Assembly (NCBI GenBank): GCA_046292385.1
Contig: JBKBRF010000050.1
Coordinates: forward strand, 1-49,502
DNA length: 49,502 nucleotides
Direction: 5' to 3'
DNA from: Armatimonadota bacterium
GTDB taxonomy: Bacteria; Armatimonadota; SYMT01
Part shown: piece by piece, positions 8,642 to 17,565 of the stretch
Numbering within the stretch: the stretch's first letter is position 1
Layout: the number at the start of each line of letters is the position of its first letter
Translations under genes and position numbers: made by a program
Notes under the pieces: generated by a model
Seen by the model: only the letters and a program-made list of their open reading frames with translations
Databases searched by the model: none
What the model was told of the DNA's origin: nothing

Positions 8642-9150
8642 CCCACCCCAGTCATCCTGAACCGCAGGCACGGCCGAGAGCCGGCCACGCCCGAAGAAAC
8701 GATCCGTAGCCCTCACAACGGCCCGACGGCTTTCCGCTTGACTCGCCACTCACCGTAAGCAGTCATTCTGAACGCAGTGAAGAATCTCGGCAGCCGGCTT
8801 GGTCCGGAGCACGCATCGGCGTGACGAGGACGCGGCCTGGCGGAGCGCTCCCGAACGCGGGTGCTGACCGTACCTCCGGAGAGCCGAGTGACGTAGACCC
8901 TTCCCTGCGGTCAGGATGACCACCGGGGGCGGAGCTGTGCTCACGCGGGGCTGACGCCGATCCGAAGGGCCGTCTCGCGGCGGGGGTTTCTTGAGAACGG
9001 AGTGAAGGATCTCGGCAGCCGTACTGAGACGGGAATCGCAGGGGGTGAGGCGGACTCTACCACCGGTTCCCCTCCGCGCGCCCGGCCTCCCGCTGCGGCC
9101 TAGGCTGAGCTACGTAGATCCTTCACTGCGTTCAGGATGACTGGGGTGGG
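8642..9150. repeat. ~510-bp non-coding element with perfect 21-bp terminal inverted repeats and internal GTCATYCTGAAC...GAAGRATCT REP units
   Basis: CCCACCCCAGTCATCCTGAAC at 8642-8662, exact reverse complement at 9130-9150; further related units near 8762, 8891, 9001 and 9111. Confidence 0.75.
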
Positions 9151-9320
9151 AAATCGAAGGCGGCCGAGCTTTTCCCGCCCCTCCCGAGCCGGCACCTGGA
9201 GTGCGAATGCTTGCTTTCGCACCCCGCCTCAGCGGGGCCATCGGCGCAGCCTCCCGATCTCGCCCACAGTATCCGATCTGCGGGGTTAGGAGCGCTTGCC
9301 CCGAAAGTCTCCGGGATAAA

Positions 9321-9410
9321 CGGCCAGGCGTCCTCCGGACACCTGGACCGGGTCTTCTCAGTCCGCGAAGGCGGACTTCGTGCCGTGGTTGCCGCGGTTT
9401 CAACCGCCGG
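9321..9410 (+). repeat. repeat family B, copy 3
   Basis: CGGCCAGGCGTCCTCCGGAC...AGTCCGCGAAGGCGGACTTCGTGCCG...GCGGTTTCAACCGCC, matching 3452-3540. Confidence 0.75.
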
Positions 9411-9427
9411 CCCACCGGCGGCATGGC

Positions 9428-9471
9428 GAAAAACGAAGAAGGCGCCCCGGGAGAAGGTACTCCGGAGCGCC
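9428..9471 (-). terminator. intrinsic terminator of tRNA-Leu
   Basis: Minus-strand hairpin GGCGCTCCGGAG...CTCCCGGGGCGCC followed by TTCTTCGTTTTT. Confidence 0.7.
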
Positions 9472-9483
9472 GATCTGTTTCGA

Positions 9484-9565
9484 TGCGGAAGGGGGGACTT
9501 GAACCCCCATGGATTGCTCCACACGCCCCTCAAACGTGCGCGTCTGCCAATTCCGCCACTTCCGC
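9484..9565 (-). tRNA. tRNA-Leu (anticodon GAG), CCA not encoded
   Basis: GCGGAAG/CTTCCGC acceptor stem, GGAATTGGCAGAC D-loop, CACGT-TTGAGGG-GCGTG anticodon arm, long variable arm, GGTTCAAGTCC T-arm. Confidence 0.97.
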
Positions 9566-9646
9566 TCGTGTGCGCCAGGATTGCTCCACGCGCCCGAGTT
9601 TTGAGCCGACCTCGCCGGTTGAGGGCCTGGGTGCGAGGACGGTTGG

Positions 9647-9675
9647 ATTGTAGCATCCGGCGCGGCGGGGGTCAA
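9647..9675 (-). promoter_or_regulatory. sigma70 promoter for tRNA-Leu (TTGACC-N17-TACAAT, extended TG)
   Basis: Near-consensus hexamers about 80 bp upstream of the tRNA. Confidence 0.75.
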
Positions 9676-9774
9676 GTGGCTCGCGGCCGGGAAAAATGGC
9701 CGCCAAGGACCGTTTCCAGCCGACGCGGCGGTGGAGGCACCGCGGCCGCGGTGCCTCACGAGCGGCGCGCGACG

Positions 9775-10044
9775 CTACGACTGGAGCGGTCCGCCCTGGG
9801 TTACGCCGCCCCAGACCGGCTCGCGGGCGCCGTCCGGCATCGTCCAGGTGTAGTTCTGCACTTCGGACAGGAACGTCTCGTAGTCCGGCCAGTTCCGCTC
9901 CGGCATGTTCTCCCGGAGGTCCGCCAGGATCGTCTCGGAGATCTCGTCCTGGGATCCCGCCCACTCCAGCACCTGCTCGGTGCTCATCGGGAACTCGTCT
10001 TCGATTCCGTTGAAGATCTCCCGACCGTTGATCGACCAAGGCAT
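9775..10044 (-). CDS. small acidic protein, DUF2795-like
   Basis: FPMSTEQVLEWA...ILADL...P.R.W pattern; AGGAG SD before ATG 10044. Confidence 0.6.
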   Translation of the reverse strand: MPWSINGREIFNGIEDEFPMSTEQVLEWAGSQDEISETILADLRENMPERNWPDYETFLSEVQNYTWTMPDGAREPVWGGVTQGGPLQS

Positions 10045-10078
10045 CGCCCACACTCCTGTCTGTCGAAAAGCCCGTTCA

Positions 10079-10106
10079 GGGCTCTCTTCCCGCGGGAAGA
10101 GAGCCC
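10079..10106. repeat. perfect 28-bp palindrome GGGCTCTCTTCCCGCGGGAAGAGAGCCC
   Basis: Self-complementary over all 28 nt; lies in the 5' leader of the 9775-10044 gene. Confidence 0.85.
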
Positions 10107-10119
10107 CTCTCGCTGGGAC

Positions 10120-10146
10120 TTTCCCGGGAGAGCGGCTCCGGCAAAC
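10120..10146 (-). promoter_or_regulatory. SigB/SigF-like promoter GTTT-N17-GGGAAA
   Basis: Same architecture as 19558-19584. Confidence 0.5.
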
Positions 10147-10165
10147 GCGAAGGGCCGGGGCGGGG

Positions 10166-11422
10166 TCAGGCCGTGCCCGGAGCAGACGGCCCCTCACCCC
10201 GCAGGCGCGCGACCAATCCCACGGCGGAGAGGGCGGCGACGAGGCAGCAGACCGCCGCCAGGAGCAGCGCGGAGTCTTCCCGGCCGGGACGGGAGGCGAT
10301 CCAGCCGGCGGCGAGGGTGCCCGCCACGAATCCGACGCTCCACGCGCCGTGGCTCAGCCCCAGCAGACGAGCGCGGGTCTCCGGCTCGCTGAGGAGGCGG
10401 ATGATCGTCGTCATGCTGACCGAGATCGACCATGCCGCGCCGGCCCCGACCACGCCGAAGAGGGTGATCGCCCAGACGTGCCGCGCCAGCAGCGCGAGCG
10501 CGACGGCGGAGAGGGCAAGGGTGACCGCCGCCAGCACCACCGGCCGCCGCGGGCCGTAGTGATCGACCAGGCGCCCCATCGCGACCTGGCAGAGCGCGGA
10601 GACGACGAGGCTGATGGCGGTGAAGTCGGTCGCCGCGGCGCGCTTGCCGGTGAGGCGGAAGAGGAGCAGTGGAATGACGAGCGTCGCCACGCCCCAGTAG
10701 ACGGTCGGCAGGATCCGCAGCAGCACCAGGAGCTGCACCTCCCGCCGGCGTACCAGCTCCCGCAGTGAGCCGCCCCCGGAGGGCGCCTTCTCTTCGGGCC
10801 CGGACTTCGCCACCTCCGGCATCGACCACGCCGCCGCCAGGATCACCGCGACCTGACCGATCACCATCGCCCACCCGAGAAGGCGGAAGTAGCCGGGGAC
10901 GTCGTCGAGCCGCCCCGCCGCCAGGTTGCCGATGGCGTTTCCCGCGGTGCCGCTCATGAAGTAGAAAGCGGTCGCCAGCCCGAGGGAGCGGGCGCTCACC
11001 GCGTCCATCATGTAGGCCTGCCCCGCCACGGAGCCGAGACCGAACATCAGGCCGGCGTAGACGCCGAGGAGCAGCATCCAGGCGGGGCTGCCGGTCAGGA
11101 ACATGCAGGCCGCGGCGATGACGCCGGTCATGCCGAGCAGGAAGGCGCGCTTCCGGCCGAGGAGATCGACCAGGTACGCGCCGGCGAAGGCGGTGATGCC
11201 GCCCATCAGCACGAAGAGCGCCCGCAGAATGCCGGTGAAGCTGGCCGGCAGGTGGAGGTGTCCCTCCACGTAGACCGGGAAGAGCGAGAAGAGCGGCGCC
11301 ACCAGGATCCCGCTGAGCACCTGCAGGAAGAGCAGCGAGCTGAGCGCCGGCGACCACATCTCCCGCGCCGGCCCCGCCACCCGCGCCAGCACCCCCGGTA
11401 ATCCCCGCTCCATCAGATCCAC
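10166..11422 (-). CDS. MFS transporter
   Basis: About 12 hydrophobic segments; motif A-like LVDLLGRKR and GRLVDHYGPRR. Confidence 0.92.
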   Translation of the reverse strand: MDLMERGLPGVLARVAGPAREMWSPALSSLLFLQVLSGILVAPLFSLFPVYVEGHLHLPASFTGILRALFVLMGGITAFAGAYLVDLLGRKRAFLLGMTGVIAAACMFLTGSPAWMLLLGVYAGLMFGLGSVAGQAYMMDAVSARSLGLATAFYFMSGTAGNAIGNLAAGRLDDVPGYFRLLGWAMVIGQVAVILAAAWSMPEVAKSGPEEKAPSGGGSLRELVRRREVQLLVLLRILPTVYWGVATLVIPLLLFRLTGKRAAATDFTAISLVVSALCQVAMGRLVDHYGPRRPVVLAAVTLALSAVALALLARHVWAITLFGVVGAGAAWSISVSMTTIIRLLSEPETRARLLGLSHGAWSVGFVAGTLAAGWIASRPGREDSALLLAAVCCLVAALSAVGLVARLRGEGPSAPGTA

Positions 11423-11488
11423 ATCCTACTTCCACGCCAAGAGGGCTGTGCCAGCTTGCAGGGCAATCTTACTCCGGGAGGTGAGGCC

Positions 11489-12079
11489 ATGTCTGCGTAT
11501 ACCATCCTGCTCGGTTGGGATCTGCCGACCCAGCCGCCGCGGGGCGGCGAGGAGGCGCGGGAGATTGCCTATGGGAGCCACGGCATCCCCGCGTTCTGGA
11601 TGACGCTGTTCGACCCGGCCTCTATTGTAACTGCGGTGGAGGCCGTTGAGGACGAAGACGGACACGACGAGCCGGAGGAGTATCCCTACCTCGTTACGGA
11701 TGCGGCGGCGGCTCTGGAGCGGTCGAGGAAGCGCTGGCCGTCCCTGGCGCAAGCGATTGGGCAGGAGTATGCGGCACTCTTCCAATCCTGGCACCAGCAC
11801 CTGTCCGCCAACGGATCCCGCTACTTTCACTGCGACCCGTGGGATTACTGTGCCATCTCCGGGGATTACGACAGCTACCGGGACGAGCTGCTCGCCGCCC
11901 TCACAGCCTTTGAGACGGAACCCTGGGAGAGGTCCGGCTGGCTCGTCAAGCGCCACCGGCTGACTCCCGCCTGGGCGAAGCTGCTGGAGAATTTCGATGA
12001 ACGGGAGAATCGGGAGCTCGTCGTGAACGCGCTCTGCGGGCACGGCGGACCCTGGGACGGATCGGAGCGGGGCGGTTGA
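11489..12079 (+). CDS. hypothetical protein
   Basis: Strong GGAGGTGA SD before ATG 11489; protein-like composition. Confidence 0.7.
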   Translation: MSAYTILLGWDLPTQPPRGGEEAREIAYGSHGIPAFWMTLFDPASIVTAVEAVEDEDGHDEPEEYPYLVTDAAAALERSRKRWPSLAQAIGQEYAALFQSWHQHLSANGSRYFHCDPWDYCAISGDYDSYRDELLAALTAFETEPWERSGWLVKRHRLTPAWAKLLENFDERENRELVVNALCGHGGPWDGSERGG

Positions 12080-12224
12080 TCGCCTTCGAGTTGCTAACGC
12101 CGCTCCAGGCACCCGGGGGGATGGGGATCGAGTGGGAGCTACTTGTTACGGGGAGCGACTACCTCTCGCCACTCGCCAGCGTCATTTTCAGAGCAGGCTC
12201 GGCTTCGATGACTGAGGTGAACGG

Positions 12225-12848
12225 ATGGAGCGAGTGACAGTGCTGGACCATCCGCTGGTGCGGGTGTGGGTGACGGAGCTGCGGAGCGCGGAGACGCCGA
12301 ACGCGCGGGTCCGCGACCTCCTGCGCAACCTCAGCGTGGCGCTGTTCCTGGAGGCCTCCCGGGAGCTCGAGACGGTAGGCGTGCGGGTGCGCACCCCACT
12401 CACGGAGACGGGGGGAGCCCGGCTGGAGCGTGCCCCGCTGCTGGTGCCGATCCTGCGCGCCGGCCTGGGGATGGTCGACGGCATCCTGGAGCTGGTGCCG
12501 GAGGCCGACGTCGCCCACCTGGGCCTCTACCGGGACCATGACACCCTCGAGCCGGTGACCTACTACACGCCGTCGCATCGCAGCACGCCCGGGCGGGAGC
12601 TGTACGTGCTCGACCCGATGCTCGCCACCGGCGGCTCCGTCTGCGCCGCGCTGGACGTGGTGAAGACATGGGCACCCGGGCGCGTGCACCTGCTGAGCGT
12701 CATCGGCGCGCCCCCCGGGGTGGAGCGGGTGCGGTCGCGGCATCCGGACGTCTCGATCACCCTCGCCGCCCTGGACGAGCGTCTGAACGAGATCGGGTAC
12801 ATCGTCCCCGGCCTCGGAGACGCCGGCGACCGCCAGTTTGGCGGGTGA
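12225..12848 (+). CDS. upp: uracil phosphoribosyltransferase
   Basis: DHPL, VPILRAGLGM, LDPMLATGGS, GYIVPGLGDAGDR. Confidence 0.97.
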   Translation: MERVTVLDHPLVRVWVTELRSAETPNARVRDLLRNLSVALFLEASRELETVGVRVRTPLTETGGARLERAPLLVPILRAGLGMVDGILELVPEADVAHLGLYRDHDTLEPVTYYTPSHRSTPGRELYVLDPMLATGGSVCAALDVVKTWAPGRVHLLSVIGAPPGVERVRSRHPDVSITLAALDERLNEIGYIVPGLGDAGDRQFGG

Positions 12849-12996
12849 TCGCTGCTTCACGGCAGCCAGCATGAGGGGGCGACCCATCCGGTAGGGGCGC
12901 GCCAGATTCCGCAAACTCCTTTCGCCATGGAATGTCCAAATCGTGCGACCGGGCTTCACCTCCGCCGGGGATGCTTCCCCACGTAGACCGCTCATC

Positions 12997-15105
12997 ATGC
13001 CGACCCCTGCTTTTCGCGCACCCGCAGCCAGCCGCAGCGCGGCACTCCTCACGGCAGTACTGCTCCTGGCGAGCACCGCGTGGGCGCTCCACACCCAGGC
13101 GGAGCCCGCCGCATCCGAAGAAGTCACCAGCCCCGAATGGAGGGAGGCGGCGCGGCGCACGCACGCGCGGTTCACCGGACAGCCGGGAACGGTGGCTCAA
13201 TTTGGCGATTCGATCACGGTGACGCAGGCCTTCTGGACGCCGCTGCGCTACGAGCGCCGGAACGCGCCTCCCGAGCTGGAGGCGGCCTTCCGCCGCGTCA
13301 ACACGAAGCTCCGCCCGGAATGCTGGGCCGATTGGAAGGGACCCGCTTTCGGCAGCGAAGGGGGACAAACGACCCGCTGGGCGGAAGCGCACGTCGACGA
13401 GTGGCTGAAGAAGCTGCGCCCGGAGCTGGCCGTCCTCCTCTTCGGCACCAACGACCTCCACTCGCTGGAGCTGCCGGAATACCGGCGCCGGCTGCTCTCC
13501 GTCGCCCGCCGGTGCCAGGAGCAGGGCACGGTCCCGATCCTCACCACCGTTCCGCCCCGCCACGGCTTCGAGCAGAAAGCCGAGCAGTTGGCCCAGGCGG
13601 GGCGCGAGGTCGCCCGCGAGCTTTCGCTGCCGCTGATCGACTATCACGCGGAGATCGTGCGCCGGCGGCCCGACGACTGGGACGGTGCGCTCGACCGGTT
13701 CAAAGAGTTCGACACGTACGAGGTCCCCACCCTGATCTCCCGGGACGGGGTGCATCCCAGCTATCCCACGCGGTTCCAGAACGACTACTCGGAGGCGGGA
13801 CTGCGCTCCAGCGGCTACACGCTGCGCAACTACCTGACGCTGCTGAAAGTGGCGGAGGTGCTGCAGGCCCTCGAGACGCCGCCCCGACCGGAGGCGGCGG
13901 GCGCCGACCGGGGCCGCGCGGCGGTCTCTCCCCCGGGTCAGCCCTGGCATCCGCAGGCGCCTCCACTCCCCCGCCCCACGGGCGAGGTGATCCGCGTCGC
14001 CACCGCCGCCCAACTCTACGAGGCCGCGGCCCGCGTGCGTCCCGGGGGCACGATCCTCCTGGCGGACGGAGAGTACGCGCTCTCCCGTCACGTGGAGATC
14101 CGGACCGACGGCGTGACCCTGCGCGGCGAGAGCGGCGACCGGCACCGCGTGGTGCTCGACGGCGGCGGCACCCTCGGCGAGGCGATCTGGATCACCGCCT
14201 GCTCCGGAGTGACCCTGGCGGACCTGACAGTGCAGAACGTCCGCTGGAACGGCATCAAGATCAACTCCGACACCGGCGTCCAGCGGCTGCGGATCTACAA
14301 CTGCGTGCTCCACAACATCTGGCAGCGGGCCGTCAAGGGGGTGAAGGTGCCCGCCGAGGGCCGGGAGCGGCTGCGCCCGCGCGACTTCCGGATCGAGTAC
14401 TGCCTCTTCTACAACGACCGCCCCAAACGGTTCAGCGACGATCCGGCCGATACGCCGGAGAACTTCAACGGCGACTACGTTGGCGGCATCGACGTGATGT
14501 ACCCGCAGGGCTGGACCGTGAGCGATAACGTCTTCCTCGGCATCCAGGGCCGGAACCGGGAAGCCCGCGGCGCCATCTTCCTCTGGCACGACGCCCGGGA
14601 CTGCCTGGTCGAGCGGAACGTGATCGTCGACTGCGACTCCGGGATCTGCCTCGGGAACGGGCAGCCGCCGCCGGACAGCGCGGTGCACGCCTCGGGCTGC
14701 ACCGTGCGAAACAACCTGATCACCCGCGCGCCGGAGAACGGCATCCTGGCGGACTTCACCCGGGACTGCGCGATCGTGCACAACACGGTCTACGATCCGG
14801 CCGGACGGCTCCGCCGGGGCATTCGCGTGGTCGATGCCGCGGAGGGCCTCTACGTCGCGAACAACCTGCTGTCGGGCCCGAAGATCCTCGTTGAGACCTC
14901 GTCCCCGATCCGGCTCGGCCTCAACCGCGAGGAAGCCCCCGCGGCGCTGTTCGTGGACGCCTCCGCCGGCAACCTCCGGCTGGCGCAGCCGGCTCCGGGC
15001 CTGGTCGACGCGGCGCCGCGGCTTCCGCAAGCGCCGGACGACCTCGACCGCCGCCGCCGGGGATCGCGGGCGGATCTCGGCGCCCACGAGCTCAGTCCCG
15101 AGTAA
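12997..15105 (+). CDS. secreted SGNH/GDSL hydrolase fused to a right-handed beta-helix (pectin-lyase-fold) domain
   Basis: Signal peptide; GDSIT, FGTND, DGVHP (SGNH triad blocks); then PGGTILLADGEY and Asn-ladder beta-helix repeats. Confidence 0.8.
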   Translation: MPTPAFRAPAASRSAALLTAVLLLASTAWALHTQAEPAASEEVTSPEWREAARRTHARFTGQPGTVAQFGDSITVTQAFWTPLRYERRNAPPELEAAFRRVNTKLRPECWADWKGPAFGSEGGQTTRWAEAHVDEWLKKLRPELAVLLFGTNDLHSLELPEYRRRLLSVARRCQEQGTVPILTTVPPRHGFEQKAEQLAQAGREVARELSLPLIDYHAEIVRRRPDDWDGALDRFKEFDTYEVPTLISRDGVHPSYPTRFQNDYSEAGLRSSGYTLRNYLTLLKVAEVLQALETPPRPEAAGADRGRAAVSPPGQPWHPQAPPLPRPTGEVIRVATAAQLYEAAARVRPGGTILLADGEYALSRHVEIRTDGVTLRGESGDRHRVVLDGGGTLGEAIWITACSGVTLADLTVQNVRWNGIKINSDTGVQRLRIYNCVLHNIWQRAVKGVKVPAEGRERLRPRDFRIEYCLFYNDRPKRFSDDPADTPENFNGDYVGGIDVMYPQGWTVSDNVFLGIQGRNREARGAIFLWHDARDCLVERNVIVDCDSGICLGNGQPPPDSAVHASGCTVRNNLITRAPENGILADFTRDCAIVHNTVYDPAGRLRRGIRVVDAAEGLYVANNLLSGPKILVETSSPIRLGLNREEAPAALFVDASAGNLRLAQPAPGLVDAAPRLPQAPDDLDRRRRGSRADLGAHELSPE

Positions 15106-15175
15106 ATCGAGACCCCGGTCGCCCGCCGCGTGCCCTGCCCATCCCCCACAGCTCGATCCGTTCCAGGAGAAGACG

Positions 15176-16423
15176 ATGAACAAAGCCCTGCTGCTTGGCA
15201 GCGCCCTCACCCTCGGCCTCGGCGGCGTTGTAACCGGCGCCGTCACGGAGCCTCCCGCGGCATCCGCGGAGGACCAGGTTACCTGGCTGAACAGCTACGC
15301 CGCCGCCCAGGCAGCGGCGCGCCAGGCGGGAAAGCCGATCTTTCTCGTCTTCCGGTGAGAGCGCTGACCGTCCTGCAAAGGATTTGACGAGCAGGTTGTT
15401 CGTCTTGACCCCGAGATCTCGGAGCTTGCCGGAGAGTTCGTCCTCGCCCGCGTCACCAACATGCGCGGCGTCGATCTGAACCAGTTCGACTTCGACTACG
15501 ACCTCACGTGGGCCGGCTTCTTCATGAACGCCGAGGGGAAGGTCTACGGTCGTTTTGGCGGGAGAGACGGAGAGGACGCCGACGCGCACCTCACGCTCTC
15601 CGGGCTGAAACACGCCATGCGCGCCGCACTGTCCGCCTATCGCCAGACGCCGAACGCCACCCCGGAGCCGTTCCGGAAGAGCGTGGCACGGGCGGAGGAC
15701 TTCCCCGCGGCCGGGCGCCTCAAGGCGGGTGCCTGCATTCACTGCCACAACGTCTACGACTTCGAGCGCGACGCCCTCTTCTCTGCCGGAAAGTGGAAGA
15801 AGGAGCTCGCCTTCGTCTATCCGCCGCCGAAGAACCTGGGGCTCGCCCTCGACCCGGACCAGCAGAGCCGAGTGCAGGCGGTGACGCCCGGCTCACCCGC
15901 GGCGAAGGCCGGGCTGCGCGCGGGCGACCTGCTTCGGACCGTCGGCGGGCGGCCCACCGCGTCGTTCGCGGACGTGCAGTACGCGCTCCATCGAGCGCCC
16001 TCGGAAGGCGCGCTGCCGGTCACCGCGGAACGCGCGGGACAGCCGCTCTCGGTGTCTCTCCCGCTGGCGGCGGGCTGGCGAGAAAGCGATATCTCCTGGC
16101 GCGGCTCCATGTGGGGGATTCCGCCCACGGCTGCAGTCTACGGCCAGGACCTCACGGCGGAGGAGAAGCAGGCGCTCGGCCTCGCGCCGGAGGCGCTCGC
16201 GTTCCGGCAGGGCGACTTCGTGCCCGGTCCGGCTGCCCGCGCCGGCATTCGGGCGAAAGACGTCATCCTCGGCCTGGACGACCGTCCGCTGGAGATGACG
16301 ATGCTGCAGTTCAACGCCTACATCCGGCTGAACTACGAGGTCGGCGACCGCCTCAACTACCGCGTGATCCGCAGCGGCCAGCGGCTGACGATCCCGATCA
16401 CCCTGGAGCGGCGGGACTTCTGA
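15176..16423 (+). CDS. exported thioredoxin-fold/CxxCH/PDZ-PDZ selenoprotein with two in-frame UGA codons (U61, U64), 415 aa
   Basis: AGGAG SD and ATG 15176; signal peptide; W...A...A...GKPIFLVFR-TGA-ER-TGA-PSC-KGFDEQV continues in frame into ORF 15461-16423; SECIS-like hairpins; CIHCH; two PDZ-like units (PGSPAAKAGLRAGD; PAARAGIRAKDVI). Confidence 0.82.
15370..15404 (+). promoter_or_regulatory. candidate bacterial SECIS elements (two tandem hairpins)
   Basis: TCCT-GCAA-AGGA (15371-15382) and GACGAGCA-GGT-TGTTCGTC (15386-15404); both loops start with G. Confidence 0.65.
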
Positions 16424-16518
16424 GGTAGCGGGAGCGGCGATGACACCGCAGAGTTGCTGACGCCGGTCCGGGCACCCCGGAATCGATGAGAGCAGGGTGA
16501 GGGCTACTTCTCACGCGG

Positions 16519-16601
16519 CCTCACCCCCGACCCCTCTCCTGCGAGGAGAGGGGAGCTATGGACGTCAGGCAAGCCTGTTCCCCCTTCCCTCGCAGGGAAG
16601 G
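16519..16601. repeat. CCTCACCCC..CCCCTCTCC..GGAGAGGGG palindromic repeat pair between convergent genes
   Basis: Hairpins CCCCTCTCCT-GCG-AGGAGAGGGG and CCTTCCCT-CGC-AGGGAAGG. Confidence 0.7.
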
Positions 16602-16644
16602 CTTATCCTGGATGGGGGAGATCAGGGGGCGAGCTCCGGGGGCT

Positions 16645-17454
16645 CTAACCGGAACCGAACGGAAGCGCCTCCCCCGAAAGCATCGCCGGGGAGCGACCTT
16701 CCGGCGACTCGCAACAGATGATACCTTCGTCGGTAAACGGGGCGTGGACGAGCCGCCGGACTCCCGCCCGGACCGGATCGAAGCTATCCGGCCAGCGGGT
16801 CAGCTCGTCACAGACAGCGCTGCGGAAATCGGCCCCCAGCAGCGCCGCGCCGCGCAGGTCCGCCCCGCTCAGGCAGGCGCCGCGCAGATCGCAGTCCGTG
16901 AGGTCGGCGCTGCGCAGGATCGCCCGGGCCAGGTCGGCGCCGCGGAGATCCGCCTCGGCCAGTACCGCCGCCTCCAGCGTGGCACCCCGGAAGACGGCCC
17001 GGCGGAGTCCCGCTCCGGTCAGGTAGGCTCGGGAGAGATCGGCGCTCCGGAACGACGCGTCGGTGAAGATCGCCAGCTCGGCCCGCACTCCCACGAGCCG
17101 CGCGCGGAGAAAGAGGGCGTCGGTCGCAATGGCGCCGTCGAGCCGCGCGTCCTCCAGGTCCGCGCCGATCAGGCAGGCGCCCCACAGGCTGCAATCGTCC
17201 AGGTCCGCCCGCCGGATCGAGGCACCGGCCAGCTCGGCACCGCGAAAGTCGCTGCCGCAGAGGCGGCACTCATCCAGCACGGCGCGGGTCAGGTTCGCCT
17301 CCCGCAGGCTCACCCGGAGCAGCGTGGCGCCGCGGAGGCTCTGCTCCTGCAGCGCCGCTCCCGCCAGGCTCTCGTGGGAGACGAACATTCCCTCCAGCGT
17401 GGGGCCGGGCACGGCGCGCATCGGGGCGCCGCTCCGGCGCGAACGGATCACCAT
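16645..17454 (-). CDS. pentapeptide repeat protein
   Basis: Long run of A(D/N)LxX repeats; C-terminal TRWPDSFDP. Start uncertain. Confidence 0.9.
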   Translation of the reverse strand: MVIRSRRSGAPMRAVPGPTLEGMFVSHESLAGAALQEQSLRGATLLRVSLREANLTRAVLDECRLCGSDFRGAELAGASIRRADLDDCSLWGACLIGADLEDARLDGAIATDALFLRARLVGVRAELAIFTDASFRSADLSRAYLTGAGLRRAVFRGATLEAAVLAEADLRGADLARAILRSADLTDCDLRGACLSGADLRGAALLGADFRSAVCDELTRWPDSFDPVRAGVRRLVHAPFTDEGIICCESPEGRSPAMLSGEALPFGSG

Positions 17455-17565
17455 CCTGCACCGCGATTTCCAGAGAGCGCGGTCGCGTGCCGCGCGAGAA
17501 GACTGCACTCCGTTTCTACCCGTCGTCTCCCGGCGCTCACACTCCGGTTCTCCCGCCCCCTCCCC

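Noticed and set aside
8642..9410. CRISPR array
   Set aside because: Repeats are degenerate, in both orientations and irregularly spaced; no cas genes.
9484..9565. tRNA as integration site of a genomic island
   Set aside because: No integrase, and I saw no duplicated tRNA 3' end in the window.
15176..15367. Pseudogene explanation for the two TGAs
   Set aside because: Two independent nonsense mutations, both TGA and both at CxxC-like positions with downstream hairpins and an otherwise intact frame, is much less parsimonious than Sec recoding. It is not formally excluded.
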